From positions 29,264,001 through 29,328,000 of the forward strand of contig CM022673.1 of the NCBI GenBank assembly GCA_012295275.1: DNA of 64,000 nt, written 5' to 3'. Each line of letters starts with the position of its first letter. Positions within the stretch are counted from its first letter, which is position 1. Of the stretch, positions 29,810-41,909 are shown piece by piece. The position numbers and the translations under genes were made by a program. The notes beneath the pieces were generated by a model that searched no databases, had not been told where the DNA came from, and saw nothing but the letters and a program-made list of their open reading frames with translations. Source of the stretch: Chrysomallon squamiferum (lineage: Eukaryota; Animalia; Mollusca).

Positions 29810-31877
29810 CAAACAAATAGGCAAATAGCAAGATAAAAAAAAAAACAGGCGAGTAGAAACAAAAGAGCGCGAGAAAATAAAGCAGGAAGAAATATCTTAA
29901 ACTTTACTATTTAATATTAAAGTTATTTTGATACTGATTGATACATACACAGCAGTATGCATACAATAGTTGTTAATGACTTCAAAACCTCTGCAGCAAA
30001 TCGGTGTGCGTATCAAAGGCAGAGGAATCGCAGTCAGCTCGCTGAAGATTCTGTTTTCCCTAGAAATCTCCTGACTTACCAGGTTGTCACTTATCTGCAG
30101 AGTCAGATGTTTGTTATAACTCAAAACTTTCTTTCCTGCGACGGCGTATTGACGTTTTATATCTGTTTATGATTTGTTAAAACTGAAAATATTCTGAACC
30201 ATAACGTGGAATTGTCTCCGATGGGGAAAACAAGATCTGGACGTCTCGTCTCAGAAGGCTACGATGCTGGCCATCTTTACACATCAGGCAGGACACAGCA
30301 TTAGATAAATCATCCGATACGGGCAACATTTCAATAAAATCTTAGCACCTTTTTCACTGGAGACTGCCGTAAATTGTCTAAACAGCTCGGGATAATGTGA
30401 TTCTTCTACTGAAACCAGTCCCTTTGGTTGCCACATTTGCAAATTATTTCTGTTAATAATGATAAAACGTGAATGCGCAGACTTTCCTTAACAAAAATCG
30501 AAAGGAATGGCGAAGAAAAGTGAACTCATCAATATGTGTTAGAGTAAGTAAATTTTACACTTTCCACCGCTGATATAAATATATGGGCATTTTACCGTCT
30601 TCCCCGGTGTAAGGGCGTCTATAAATGGTTGGCGATCGTTACTGCCCACACGTAGCTACGTTAAATCACATTTAACGATGGAAAGAAAATTAACAAAAGG
30701 AACCGTCTGATCGGCTTGATTTCACTGTGTATTATGTTGATATTATCAGTTCTCTACATATTATTTTGATATAATCAGTTCTCTGTATAGTGTACCGATG
30801 CAGTCAATTCTCTATATATTACGTCGTTACAACTGTCACTTTCATGGCTACTTTATATACTGCTGTAAAATTGTCATCAGTCAGTTCTTAATGGATATTC
30901 GTTCAAGAATTCATCAGTTTTCTTTTTATTCGGTAGTATAAACAGTAGTAGCAGTTGTTGTTGCTGTTGACACTGCTGTTAATATAGCAGTAATAATAGT
31001 TGTTACCGTAGTTTGTAGTAGTAGTAGTATCCCGGTTATTCAGTTATTGGTGTTGTTGTTATTTGTGTGAATGTAATAATAATATATGCAGTAATCTGCT
31101 CTTTAGAATGAATAACAAAACATCAGTAACATTGACTTGCCAGTCCTTCGTGCATGTTTAGGCCAAATGTAAACAGATGGTAACAGATTGGTCTACGGTG
31201 TTAATAGCTTCTGGGATGGCCCAGGTTGTTAATAATAACAACATCTGTATTGAATTCTCATCAAGCTCACGTCAGTGTCGTGTTGCCAGCAACCTGTCGT
31301 CAAAAACAGAAAAAGTTTTGTTACGAATTTGTACGAAATGTACGTCACTTTGATTCTTCCTGAATTACCGGATAGACTGCACTTTAGTATTTCACTTGTA
31401 AAATGTTTATAATGTGATATCAGCATCAAAACTGTAAGTGTACATTATTATTATTATCATCACCATCATTATCATCATCATCATTAATATTATCATTATT
31501 ATTATTATTATTAATTTTATTATTATTATCATATTATTATTATTATTAATTTTATTATTATTATCATTATTATTATTATTATTAACATTATCATTATCAT
31601 CATCATTATCATAGTCGTGTCGTCATTGTTATCACAATGGTCAAATCATCATGGAGATTATTCTCTTTTTGCGTTGTTCATTTCGTTGAATAATTGATCT
31701 ATCTATTCACAGCGGTTCTAATTACTAATTACTGCATGTAATTACGCTGTTTGAATATGATTATTTAAATCTGAAAAGTATCTTAGTTTACTATAAAATA
31801 TATATTGAACGAATATATATATAATTTGTATTTATACTAACATATATTTCGATGTGTTATGTTAAGGTGTAGCTAGC

Positions 31878-31909
<32 letters not shown>

Positions 31910-32136
31910 TGTATGTATGTATGTATGTATGTATCTGTGTTTGTATGTATATATGTATCTGTGTTTGTATGTACATACGCAAACAAATACACATACACAG
32001 ACATACTATACACATAAGCACAGAATAAACGAACAACATATAACAGTAAACAGATAAATAGATTTTTGTACTGGTTTAGAGGACTACGTTATTGCAGCTG
32101 TGACAAATGACTAAAAATAAAGCCCACAAAACCCGG

Positions 32137-32150
32137 TGACCCGGTGACCT
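32137..32150 (-). promoter_or_regulatory. Consensus DR2 nuclear-receptor element (AGGTCA-cc-GGGTCA on the minus strand)
   Basis: The + strand reads TGACCCggTGACCT inside a GC-rich block ~1.2 kb before the receptor's coding exon. Confidence 0.35.
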
Positions 32151-33360
32151 CTGTGCAAATTAGTGTCACATCGCCGCCAACGCGCCTCTGGCCTCCCAAC
32201 ACTTGTCATATTAGCATTTGCTAGGGAAAAGATCTCTGTGATTTGGAGCCGTTGGCTGCGGCTTGACTCTACGTCTTCGGCAGAGTCTGGAATCTGAACC
32301 GCCGATAACAAGTGCACCGGTGACATTCAGTAAAAATAGCAATGTTAATTACGCGTTTAAAATCTCTTCATACAGTCGTAAATAAATATGCAGATTTTTG
32401 CAACGCAGAGAAGAAATGCCGCAGCAAGCCAACGATAAAGATACGGTTCAAATGACAAAAAGTTCCGACATGCTAAATGAAAAATGTACGACAGCATAGC
32501 TTTTGGTCAACGACTGTAGACGAATTTCTGGATGCGTTTTAATTATTAACATGGGTTAAGACTTGCTGGGTCGGGTTCTGTCTGGGTAAACGTGGATATT
32601 ATTTGTCTGGTTTCTAACAGTTGTGTGTTTAGTTTGTATGTCTGTTAGTTAACTGCGTGGAACTGTCGATACTGTCCATGTGGGAAGCGAGTTCACTGGA
32701 AATTCGTTCAAAACTGTTCAATGCTAGAATCTCTCTTCACTTCTGTTGTTTCGTTTTTGCCAATAATGGTTTTAAATAATAAATAATATAATATGATATA
32801 ATACAATGTCAGCACATGATATGATTCAGTCAGCACATTAAAGGATATGTGATGCTGTACGTTTTATTAAATTGATGTAAAGAACTCCAGACTTGTTTGT
32901 CATATGCATTTTTATTTCTGTTTACGAATTTATTCATTTCTGTCAGAGGATCAATATCGTTTCATGTTTGCATGTGTGAGTTATTAATATTTATGATAAG
33001 AATACGTCAAAACTTATTACTAGGAAAACCACTCCACCTATAAAATAATTTAACTTTTTGTCTGTGCAAATAATCAAGATATTTGAAATTCAGAAATAAC
33101 ATTTTGTATTGTGAGCCTGTATTTTGTCTGACAATACAACAGCTTCAGATCAACTGGGCTACTGCTGAACAGCTTCTTGTATTACTCTAAATATATAAAT
33201 TATTTATTTATTTCTCTATCTTATCTATCTACCTATCTCTGTCTGACTTTATATTATCTGCCAATATAAGAGCGGTAAAAAACACAAATGAAATATATAT
33301 TTAGTTTTATTTCTTTAATTTATGCATTGTCTACGTCCGAAACAATTTCAGTTCATTGTT

Positions 33361-33379
33361 TTTCATTTGTATTTTTCAG
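33361..33379 (+). other. Putative splice acceptor opening the receptor's coding exon (5'UTR intron end)
   Basis: T-rich tract tttcatttgtatttttCAG ends at 33379, 253 nt before the start ATG. A 5'UTR intron ahead of a single coding exon is common for aminergic GPCRs. Confidence 0.55.
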
Positions 33380-33632
33380 ATCAAGATCAAGTTCTTCACA
33401 GAAATGAAAACTAAAAGACTCGTGTAATACACTGTGTAAATAAAACAACATTTTCCATGGCAATCAAAACTTCCGAATGCAACGTTTTACTACCGATATC
33501 TTTCATCTTATTAACATAACACTACCCGACTAAAAGCGTCTTTCATTTCATCTTTGTGAGTGTAAATATATATATATATGTATATGTATATGTGTGTGTG
33601 TGTTCCTATCTGATTCGAAGAATAAAATAAAC

Positions 33633-35088
33633 ATGGAAAACTTAACAACCAGTACAATAAAACTGATCAGCTACGAAGACTCTGACAATTCCAGCATCGT
33701 GTTTAACGATTCGGCGGACGTCTTCGTCAACGACAGCTCCACGTTCGTGCCGATGTTCACGAACCACGTACCCAAATACGACGTCGGCACCACGACAGCA
33801 ATATGTGCCTTGCTCGGTGCCATGATTCTGGCGACGATCCTGGGGAACGTGTTCGTCATCACCGCCATATTGGTGGAGAAGAGTCTGCAGGGCGTGTCCA
33901 ACTACCTGGTCCTGTCCCTGGCCGTCACGGACCTGCTGGTGGCCGTGCTGGTCATGCCGATCAGTCTGATCTACGTCATCAGCGAGCACTGGTACCTGGG
34001 ACCCGAGGTGTGCGACATGTGGATTTCGATGGACATCTCTCTGCTGCACCGCGTCCATCCTGCACCTCGTGGCGATTTCGCTCGACCGGTTCTGGGCCGT
34101 GTCAAACATCGACTACATTCGTCGCCGGTGCGCGAAGCAGATCATCATCATGGTTGTCATCGTGTGGTTCGTTGCTGTGGGAATATCCATCCCGCCCTTG
34201 TTCGGCTGGAAGGACGAAGGAAATCCAGATTACTCAGGAATATGCAGCATAACCACTGATAAAGGATACACAATATTTTCCACGTTCGGAGCCTTCTACT
34301 TACCTTTGGTTCTCATGCTTGTGCTGAATTATAAAATATACATGGCCGCCAGATCGCGGATTAGGAAAAAGCGTTTCGGCGGGAAACATCGTCACGTGCC
34401 TGTTCCCGTGGTGACGGTGGAGAACGGAACAACAGCAAATCCTTCGAGAAATTCTTCCGGAAGTGACGTTAGCCAAGACGGCTTTTCAATGTACAATGGA
34501 TCTTGTGTTAACATGAACGAGTTTTCGAAGCTCGAAAGTACTTACGAACCTTCACAGATCGACGACGGGCAAAACGACGGCCCGGCCACAACAACAACTA
34601 CGACATCTTTTAATGGTCTGCTGCAGGTGACGTCGTGCGGATCGAACCTTGGAGCGAACCTGACTCCAAACTTCGGACCTTCGCTGACTGTTCCAGAAGG
34701 AGGCAACGTCTACGTTGTTTCCAAAAACAGATCCAACAACAACAGCAAGCGAGCCCGCAACAGAGAGAAAGACAAACTGAGGAAGGAGAAAATAGAAATG
34801 AGGAGAGAGAGAAAAGCGGCTCGCGTTCTGGGAATCATTACGGGAGCTTTCGTTGTTTGTTGGTTGCCGTTCTTTCTCATTGCAGTGATTTTCCCCTTTT
34901 GTTCCATGTGTAGTACGTTTCCCGAAGAAGCTGTGAGTTTTTTTACGTGGCTCGGTTATTTTAACAGTCTCCTCAACCCGATCATTTATACTATTTTCAA
35001 CCCAAGTTTTCGCACTGCGTTCAGAAAACTGTTTTTCCGCAGATTACATTATTTAAAGAGAAAAAAAAAAGAAAAAAAAAAGACGTGA
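33633..35088 (+). CDS. 5-HT1-like serotonin receptor (class A aminergic GPCR), intronless CDS, interrupted by a 1-nt frameshift at ~34038; ~484 aa if repaired
   Basis: Frame 1 from ATG 33633 gives a glycosylated N-terminus (NLT, NSS, NDS, NDS), TM1 (ATILGNVFVI), TM2 (LSLAVTDLLVAVLVMP) and ECL1-TM3 (WYLGPEVCDMWISMD). The next frame continues CCTASILHLVAISLDRFW, TM4 (VW...ISIPPLFGW), TM5 (GYTIFSTFGAFYLP), a long ICL3, RERKAARVLGIITGAFVVCWLPFF and TM7 WLGYFNSLLNPIIY, ending at TGA 35086-35088. The TM3 Asp and the TM5/TM6/TM7 motifs are typical of 5-HT1 receptors. Confidence 0.93.
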
Positions 35089-35472
35089 ATGTGTTCCGTG
35101 TATTAACTGAAAACTACATATAAAAGTATTTATATATGCGTTATTTTTACTGTGAATTCACTTATTTTTACTGATGTCAAGATTCGACTAAATATTGAAA
35201 TACTTCCTGTTCTGTTTTTCTGTCTTCTTTCTTTTTCTGGATGTTTTTTTCTTTATTTCTTTCTCGTTCCATCATTTTTTTTTTTTTTTTTTTTTTTTAT
35301 ATATATATATTATATAAAACATATACTGGCTTTTTTTTTTTTTTTTTTTTTTTAAAACTCACGAAAATCAAATACAACTCAAAATAATTTAAATTTGCCT
35401 TAATTTATTTCAGAACCAGAAACGGAACGCACATTCCATTGACAGCTACTAACAAACTGAACTTTTTTCTCT

Positions 35473-35518
<46 letters not shown>

Positions 35519-35702
35519 TGAATGATATGCAGCTAAATAATGTAATTCATTATAATAATGTCCTGCATAAAGGGCTAAAATTGTACGTTTTATATTTTTA
35601 AAATGCTTTTTGCTTCCAAGTAGACTAAATTTACAAAATATATAAATATATATACATATATATAGTTTAATTACTTACTTACTCATAATAGCTTCGCCTG
35701 GA

Positions 35703-35704
<2 letters not shown>

Positions 35705-35744
<40 letters not shown>

Positions 35745-35848
35745 TTTGTTATTTTGTTTGTTTGTTTGTTTGTTCATTTATTCATTCATTCGCTCATTAC
35801 TTTTCCTGTTACTAGCGTTTAGTTAATAACTTACAATTATATGTAATT

Positions 35849-35892
<44 letters not shown>

Positions 35893-36062
35893 TATATTTA
35901 TTTATTTATTTATTATCATTAATTAATTAATTAATTAATTTATTTATTTATTATTATTTTATTTATTTATTTATTTATTGTTTTGTTTATTTACTTCTTA
36001 TTTTATTTATTTATTTATTTACTTATTTATTTATTTATTTATTATTTTATTTATTTACTTAC
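35705..36062. repeat. (ATTT)n-rich tract downstream of the receptor stop codon
   Basis: Long imperfect tttA tetramer arrays. Confidence 0.9.
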
Positions 36063-37311
36063 TAATTTAACAGATTATAAATAAATATCTCTCATAGCAG
36101 ATTAGCCGGTAACTGAATCGTTATTTGAGTTCCTATCCAAGCTTCTCTCTCACTAATTTCATTACTTGTATGTCACTACAGTCGAAAACGTAATTCAGAC
36201 TCATACACAGAAACCCAGCATGCATTTAATAAAACAACTTTAATAACTGGGAAATACTGCACGTTTATTTCAACTGACAGTTGCAGTCTGGTCACTTTGT
36301 GACATTTTTATAACAACAGCAAATGGTAAAAAAAAAAAAATCCTTCAGACGCATAATAATCATAAGATATATTATACGGCAAAGACATTCCAAAACATCT
36401 AATAATAGTAATAGTAATAATAGTGATAATAATAATAATAATAATGACGACTATGATATATCCGTAGAGACATAATTTTCCGTATGAACGTGCGTTTCGT
36501 GTCTGCGGTGCATGTTCGTGTGTACATGATGTACACGTTGTAAGCAGTGAACGGGCGGTGAATTAATTAAGCAGTAAAACAGGTGCATGTTCAGATTCAT
36601 AATGTTGTTTTAATTACGTTTTTCTTAATTTATTACTGTAATTAGCGTACTATTACCTGACATATTATTTAAAGTAATTTATTTGTTCCTAATATAACTG
36701 AGATAAAACTGAGAAACTTAATTAAAAGAGGAATGTTTTGAGATATAGCTACTGGGATACAATCAGAAATACGGGGCTAGACATTCATTTTATTTCTTTA
36801 GATAAATAGACTGAATTCCTGAGTATAATTACTGGTGTTTGTAGGCGTATCCCTGGAACTATAAATAAATAAATAAATAATTATGTGTATTTATTTATTT
36901 ATTTATTTATTTATACACATATATTTGCATGTATATGCATATAATATATAAATCGCAAAGTTATTGCATCGTTCGTTCCTTTTTCATTTTTTTTTTTTTT
37001 TTTTTTTTTGCTCATAATTATTTTATCCTTTTTCCTTATCTTTCTTTGCAAAAATGAATTAATAATAATAAAACAACAACCACAACAACAACAAACAACA
37101 ACAATAATAATAATAATAATAATAACACTAATAATAATAATAATAATAACTAATAACTAATAAAATAAAATATTAAAAATAAAATCTTCAGCTGAGTCAT
37201 AATAGGATATAAATAATTGAAAGATAAAAATAAATAGCAAAATAATGACGTGAAGAAAAATACTCTGAATTTAATACAAAATTTATAATCCGCATTTCAT
37301 ACAATATTGGG

Positions 37312-37343
<32 letters not shown>

Positions 37344-37749
37344 TCACACGTTGCAGTCTGGTATCTTACGCACTCTGTTTCGATTTTATGATAAATGTAA
37401 TCAGACTAGTTTTCCGCGTAGACTTTTTTTCATTGAGAGATTAAATAGATTTTTTCCCTCTCTGAAGCCTGTTTTCCAATTATTCTGTAATTGCTGCATT
37501 AACATGAAAAATTCACTTTGTTTTACATTGCCTACGATAAGTACGTTTATTACTTCGCAATCGAACGCTTCGGCTATTTCCGTTAGAGCGAAGAAAAATT
37601 AAGTCTGCGTTCAAAATGAATTTTTCGCGCCAGACACAGTGTTATGACACTACCGACTGATCAATACCAACACGGGTGTAATATCTCAGCTATATACTGC
37701 ACTCGAATATTACTCTTTTTATATTTTTGTCTTCTTATCTTCCTTTTTT

Positions 37750-37781
<32 letters not shown>

Positions 37782-37967
37782 CTGATACGACTGCTGGCAT
37801 AGGAATAGGTGAAAAAAAAGAGACTTCTAAATCATTCTTTTAATTTCGTTTTACAAAGGCAGGCGGTAAGAAAAATGACTGTTTTGATTTATGCGCGCGT
37901 ATTTTTTTGTATTTGGGTTTAAATTTTACTGTAAAATTTAGCTTTCTCAAGGACGTTTATATTTAAT

Positions 37968-38007
37968 GTGCGTGTTTGTGTGTGTGTGTGTCTCTCTGTG
38001 TGTGTGT

Positions 38008-38086
<79 letters not shown>
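37968..38086. repeat. (TG)n microsatellite
   Basis: Seen directly. Confidence 0.97.
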
Positions 38087-38090
<4 letters not shown>

Positions 38091-41000
38091 TTCATACAAA
38101 CGTATACTGTGTGTGTGCCTTTAAACAAAATATTTTGTTCATACAAACGTACTTATGGCATTTTTAAACAAAATATTTATTTCGTTTGTGAAGTTAACTG
38201 AGTTCTTTGTTACGTGTAGTTGTTTTAAATTACAAACTAGAAAATCATATAAACAGGAGGGGCTTAGGCGATGGGGGGTTGCTGTTTTTAACTTTGTTTT
38301 CCTGAACATTTTTTAAGTGAATCTTTTTCATTAATTATTTTTATTTTTTTTTTTTTAATTTCGTTTTAGATTCAACAATTTTTTTTGTTCTTTCTGATAA
38401 GCATCTATGCAAAACAAAACGAAAACTCCCAGAATCATTTGTACTTCACTCAGAAGAGAACCACGCGCTGTTTTAAAATCTTGAATATTTAAATTATTAA
38501 AAAAATGAGTACTACGCAGCACAATGACACAATAAAACAGAGTGAAATAAAACAAAATAAAACAAACGTGTTAAAATAAGAAATTTAGGGCTGGATATTC
38601 TGTATTATTCAATTTTTTAAGAGCAGAGCTTAACCTTTGTTTCTATTCTTGCGTCTTCTGTTAATATCTGCTGTTAATATTTGTTGAGTAATAAAGATAA
38701 AAGCTTACAATTCTGAAAAATCGTTGGTACATAACATAAAAGTGCCAGGCACAGAAAACGCTTTCAGAGTTTCTTATTTCAGGTGTATTTAAGTCAAAAC
38801 GTAATAACATTTATGTTTCTGTGACATTTACTTTATTTACAGAACAGTTTGTTAATGGCATATCTGCATCTTAATTTCTTCTTAATATCATTTAAATAAT
38901 ATGAAGAAAATTAATTTTTCGATTTGCAGCTGTTAGAAGAGAAAATAAGTAGTGTTTTTAGTAATGTAGATTATTCAAGCTACATAAAACGTGTTAATCA
39001 TCGTAAATGCAGCTTTGCTAATGTAACGTCATCAGTCAAACAGTTATTTTATACCTGACTGGGTCTGTTAGAGCGATTAGAAACACTTGTCTTAGTCTCA
39101 GGATATCCTTTTTTTTATTGTCTGCAAAATGTAGTTTTAATATTTCTAAGATTAGTTAGCGCGAAAAGTGGGTCAAGTATTTTTACGTTTTCGCAAGCAG
39201 TTTTAACGGTCACCTTTTGCGAGATTCGATCCTGGTACGTTCTGTTCTTATGTTTGATTATGCGTCTGACATAGTTAAAAAAAGCAATTTCTTACGTCTC
39301 AGCAATTTGTTTTGTCAGTTACCTTTATCGGGATTCGATCTTTGTATGTTCTGTTTTATTGTCTGATGATCTCACCACCACGCCTTTCAGTTTGTTTAAA
39401 ACTTTAAAGCTTGACTTGTGGTAACTATGACGACCATTCACAACCAACGCCCTGCACGCAGCAGGCGACGCCGAATCGCCAACAAATGACACCGTCGACG
39501 TTGTCGATCCGTCTTTGTCAGACGAATAAACGTGAACGGCAACATGTCGTGACGTACACGCAGAACGTTCACGTCGTTGCAGAGATGTCTGTAAAGAGCG
39601 AGGAATCGCATGTTGGTGTCCCTCCTACATAGAAACAACAGAGACGTTTTTTAACTGTTTGTCTGTTGTCAGGCTTTTTTCCGTTTCATTGTGCAATTCG
39701 TATCTATCAGAAGATTGTCTAGCAGCACAAATATCAAAACGTGTGATTCAAATAACATGTCGCTCGTACAAACTTTACGGTCAATACAGTGATGAGATAG
39801 CCATGTATGTCTTTTAATAGCTATCATTTTTATTTTATGCTGGGATTCATTGATGATAAAATCGATGAAGTGAATTTCGTTGATTGGAACAAAACATCCT
39901 GTTCGTTATCGGTCCTGCATCAAAGTCCCCGTCCCTCGTAGACAATCATACATTAATTCGGCGTGAATAATTTTTAATATGTTTCCACAGAGAATCGCTA
40001 AAACATGCCTACACGGCCACAAACTCTGACTTCAGACAGTTTCTGCCAAGACAGGTTAACATTAAATTTCAGTATTTACAGATGAAAACACAAATCTGTT
40101 TAGACGCTTTGGTGAATGTCGCTGAATATCAATTACAAAACGAATCTGAATTTCAAATGAGTTATAACACACGTCATTGTTAGAGCAATGATAGTTAGTG
40201 AGAGAGAAGATATTTCTGTTGTATTAGAACCCTTTATATATAGTTCAATAATGGAGATAGTGTAGACAATACCAACATATGAATCCAGAAAAAAACTATT
40301 TATTTATTTATTTATTTATTAACTCACTCATTCATTTATTCATTATTTCGTTTGTTCATTCATTCATTTTTAAATATTTTTTTATTCATTAATTTATTCA
40401 TGTATTTATTGTTTATTTTTGCTATCGTTTTCAATTTGTTTGTTTTTGAACTTTACTTTGTATGTTTTTGGATTTTCTTTTTTCTTAGATTAAATAATAT
40501 TCATCAGTGTATTCATTTAAACTGAGCGTTGAAGTATTTCCAGTGTATTTTCAATATTTATTGCCAGTTCGTCGAGATGAAAAAAAAGTTGTCGAATTCC
40601 AATAATTTAAGTGAGTGCCCTCTTTATGAACCCTACAACGGAAACAAAAAATAAATAAATAAATTACATACCAGCTATAAAATACATGAGAAAATGAAAC
40701 TGTATTATTTATTTTAATTTTTAATTACGTCTGTGTTTGTGGGTGTTGAAGTTTAATGGCTCAGCTCCACAGAGATCAGAAACTGAATGAGAAAACAAAT
40801 GTGTAATTTGTATTTTAATTTGATTAACTGATGTTTATATTTTTGTTTTGTGAGCTTGTTTGTGTGAATGTATTTGTGTGAAGGTGTGTGCATATATTTG
40901 TGTGTATGTATGTGCATATATTTGTGTGTATGCATGCATGTGTAAGGAGTGTGTGGTGTATGTGGGCGAGGGTGGGTGTGTTACAGAAGTGTAAAGGTGC

Positions 41001-41355
41001 GTGTGACTAGTTTTGGGTGAGCGGGTCTGTTTCAGTTTTCTTAAAGATTTTAATTTTCCTTTTTTCTTCTTTTGTTTTTAATTTGTTTGCTCAAATGTGT
41101 ATAAATGTGTTTGTGTGTGTATATGTGTATATGAGCGTGTGAATGCCTGTTTGTATGAGTATGTGTATGTGAATGTTTTGTGTGTGTGTGTCTGTGTATG
41201 TATGAGTAAATGTGTAAGTGTGTGTGATTCTGTTTCTATGTGTTTAAATATCGATTTATTTAAATTTCGTAAAACTGAGGAAATAATATAATAATTTTTC
41301 AAAACATTGAACAAATAGACAAACTTTTGTTTTCGGTATTTTATTTTGTTTTATT

Positions 41356-41414
<59 letters not shown>

Positions 41415-41815
41415 TTTTGTTCGTTATTCTTTACAATAAATTTTCAGTTTTACAATTAATTCATGTCTAACACTTTCACATTTATGCAATACTGTGTTAT
41501 GTATGCACAACATGCAAATAAAACCAAGCAAACATATGTCCTATGTCTGTTGTTTGTTTTAATTTACAATTGTGATTCGACAGCCCGGAATTCAGAGTTA
41601 AATCATACAATTAAATGCACCGCCAAAAGTCTTTATTGATCTAATTCAGTGCTAATATATTCTTTCAGTTAAGTACGCCTGTTATGTATCAAGATTTCCC
41701 TGTTTTCCTGGCCAACGACAAAAAAAAAAGACAAATAACTGGAAAATTTGAATCAACTGGGAATTTAGAAAAAAAAAAGAAGAAAGAAATCTGTTTTATC
41801 AAGAGTCAATGAATA

Positions 41816-41818
<3 letters not shown>

Positions 41819-41907
<89 letters not shown>
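41819..41907. repeat. Compound (CT)n(AT)n microsatellite
   Basis: Seen directly. Confidence 0.97.

Positions 41908-41909
<2 letters not shown>

Noticed and set aside
33642-34109. 155-aa antisense ORF, plus the 33803-34252 alternative-frame ORF
   Set aside because: Shadows of the high-GC3 receptor coding region, with no independent protein features.
36645-36667. Near-complement to miR-8 (ttacctgaca-tatta) downstream of the receptor
   Set aside because: The missing base falls in the seed match, and the 3'UTR extent is unknown.
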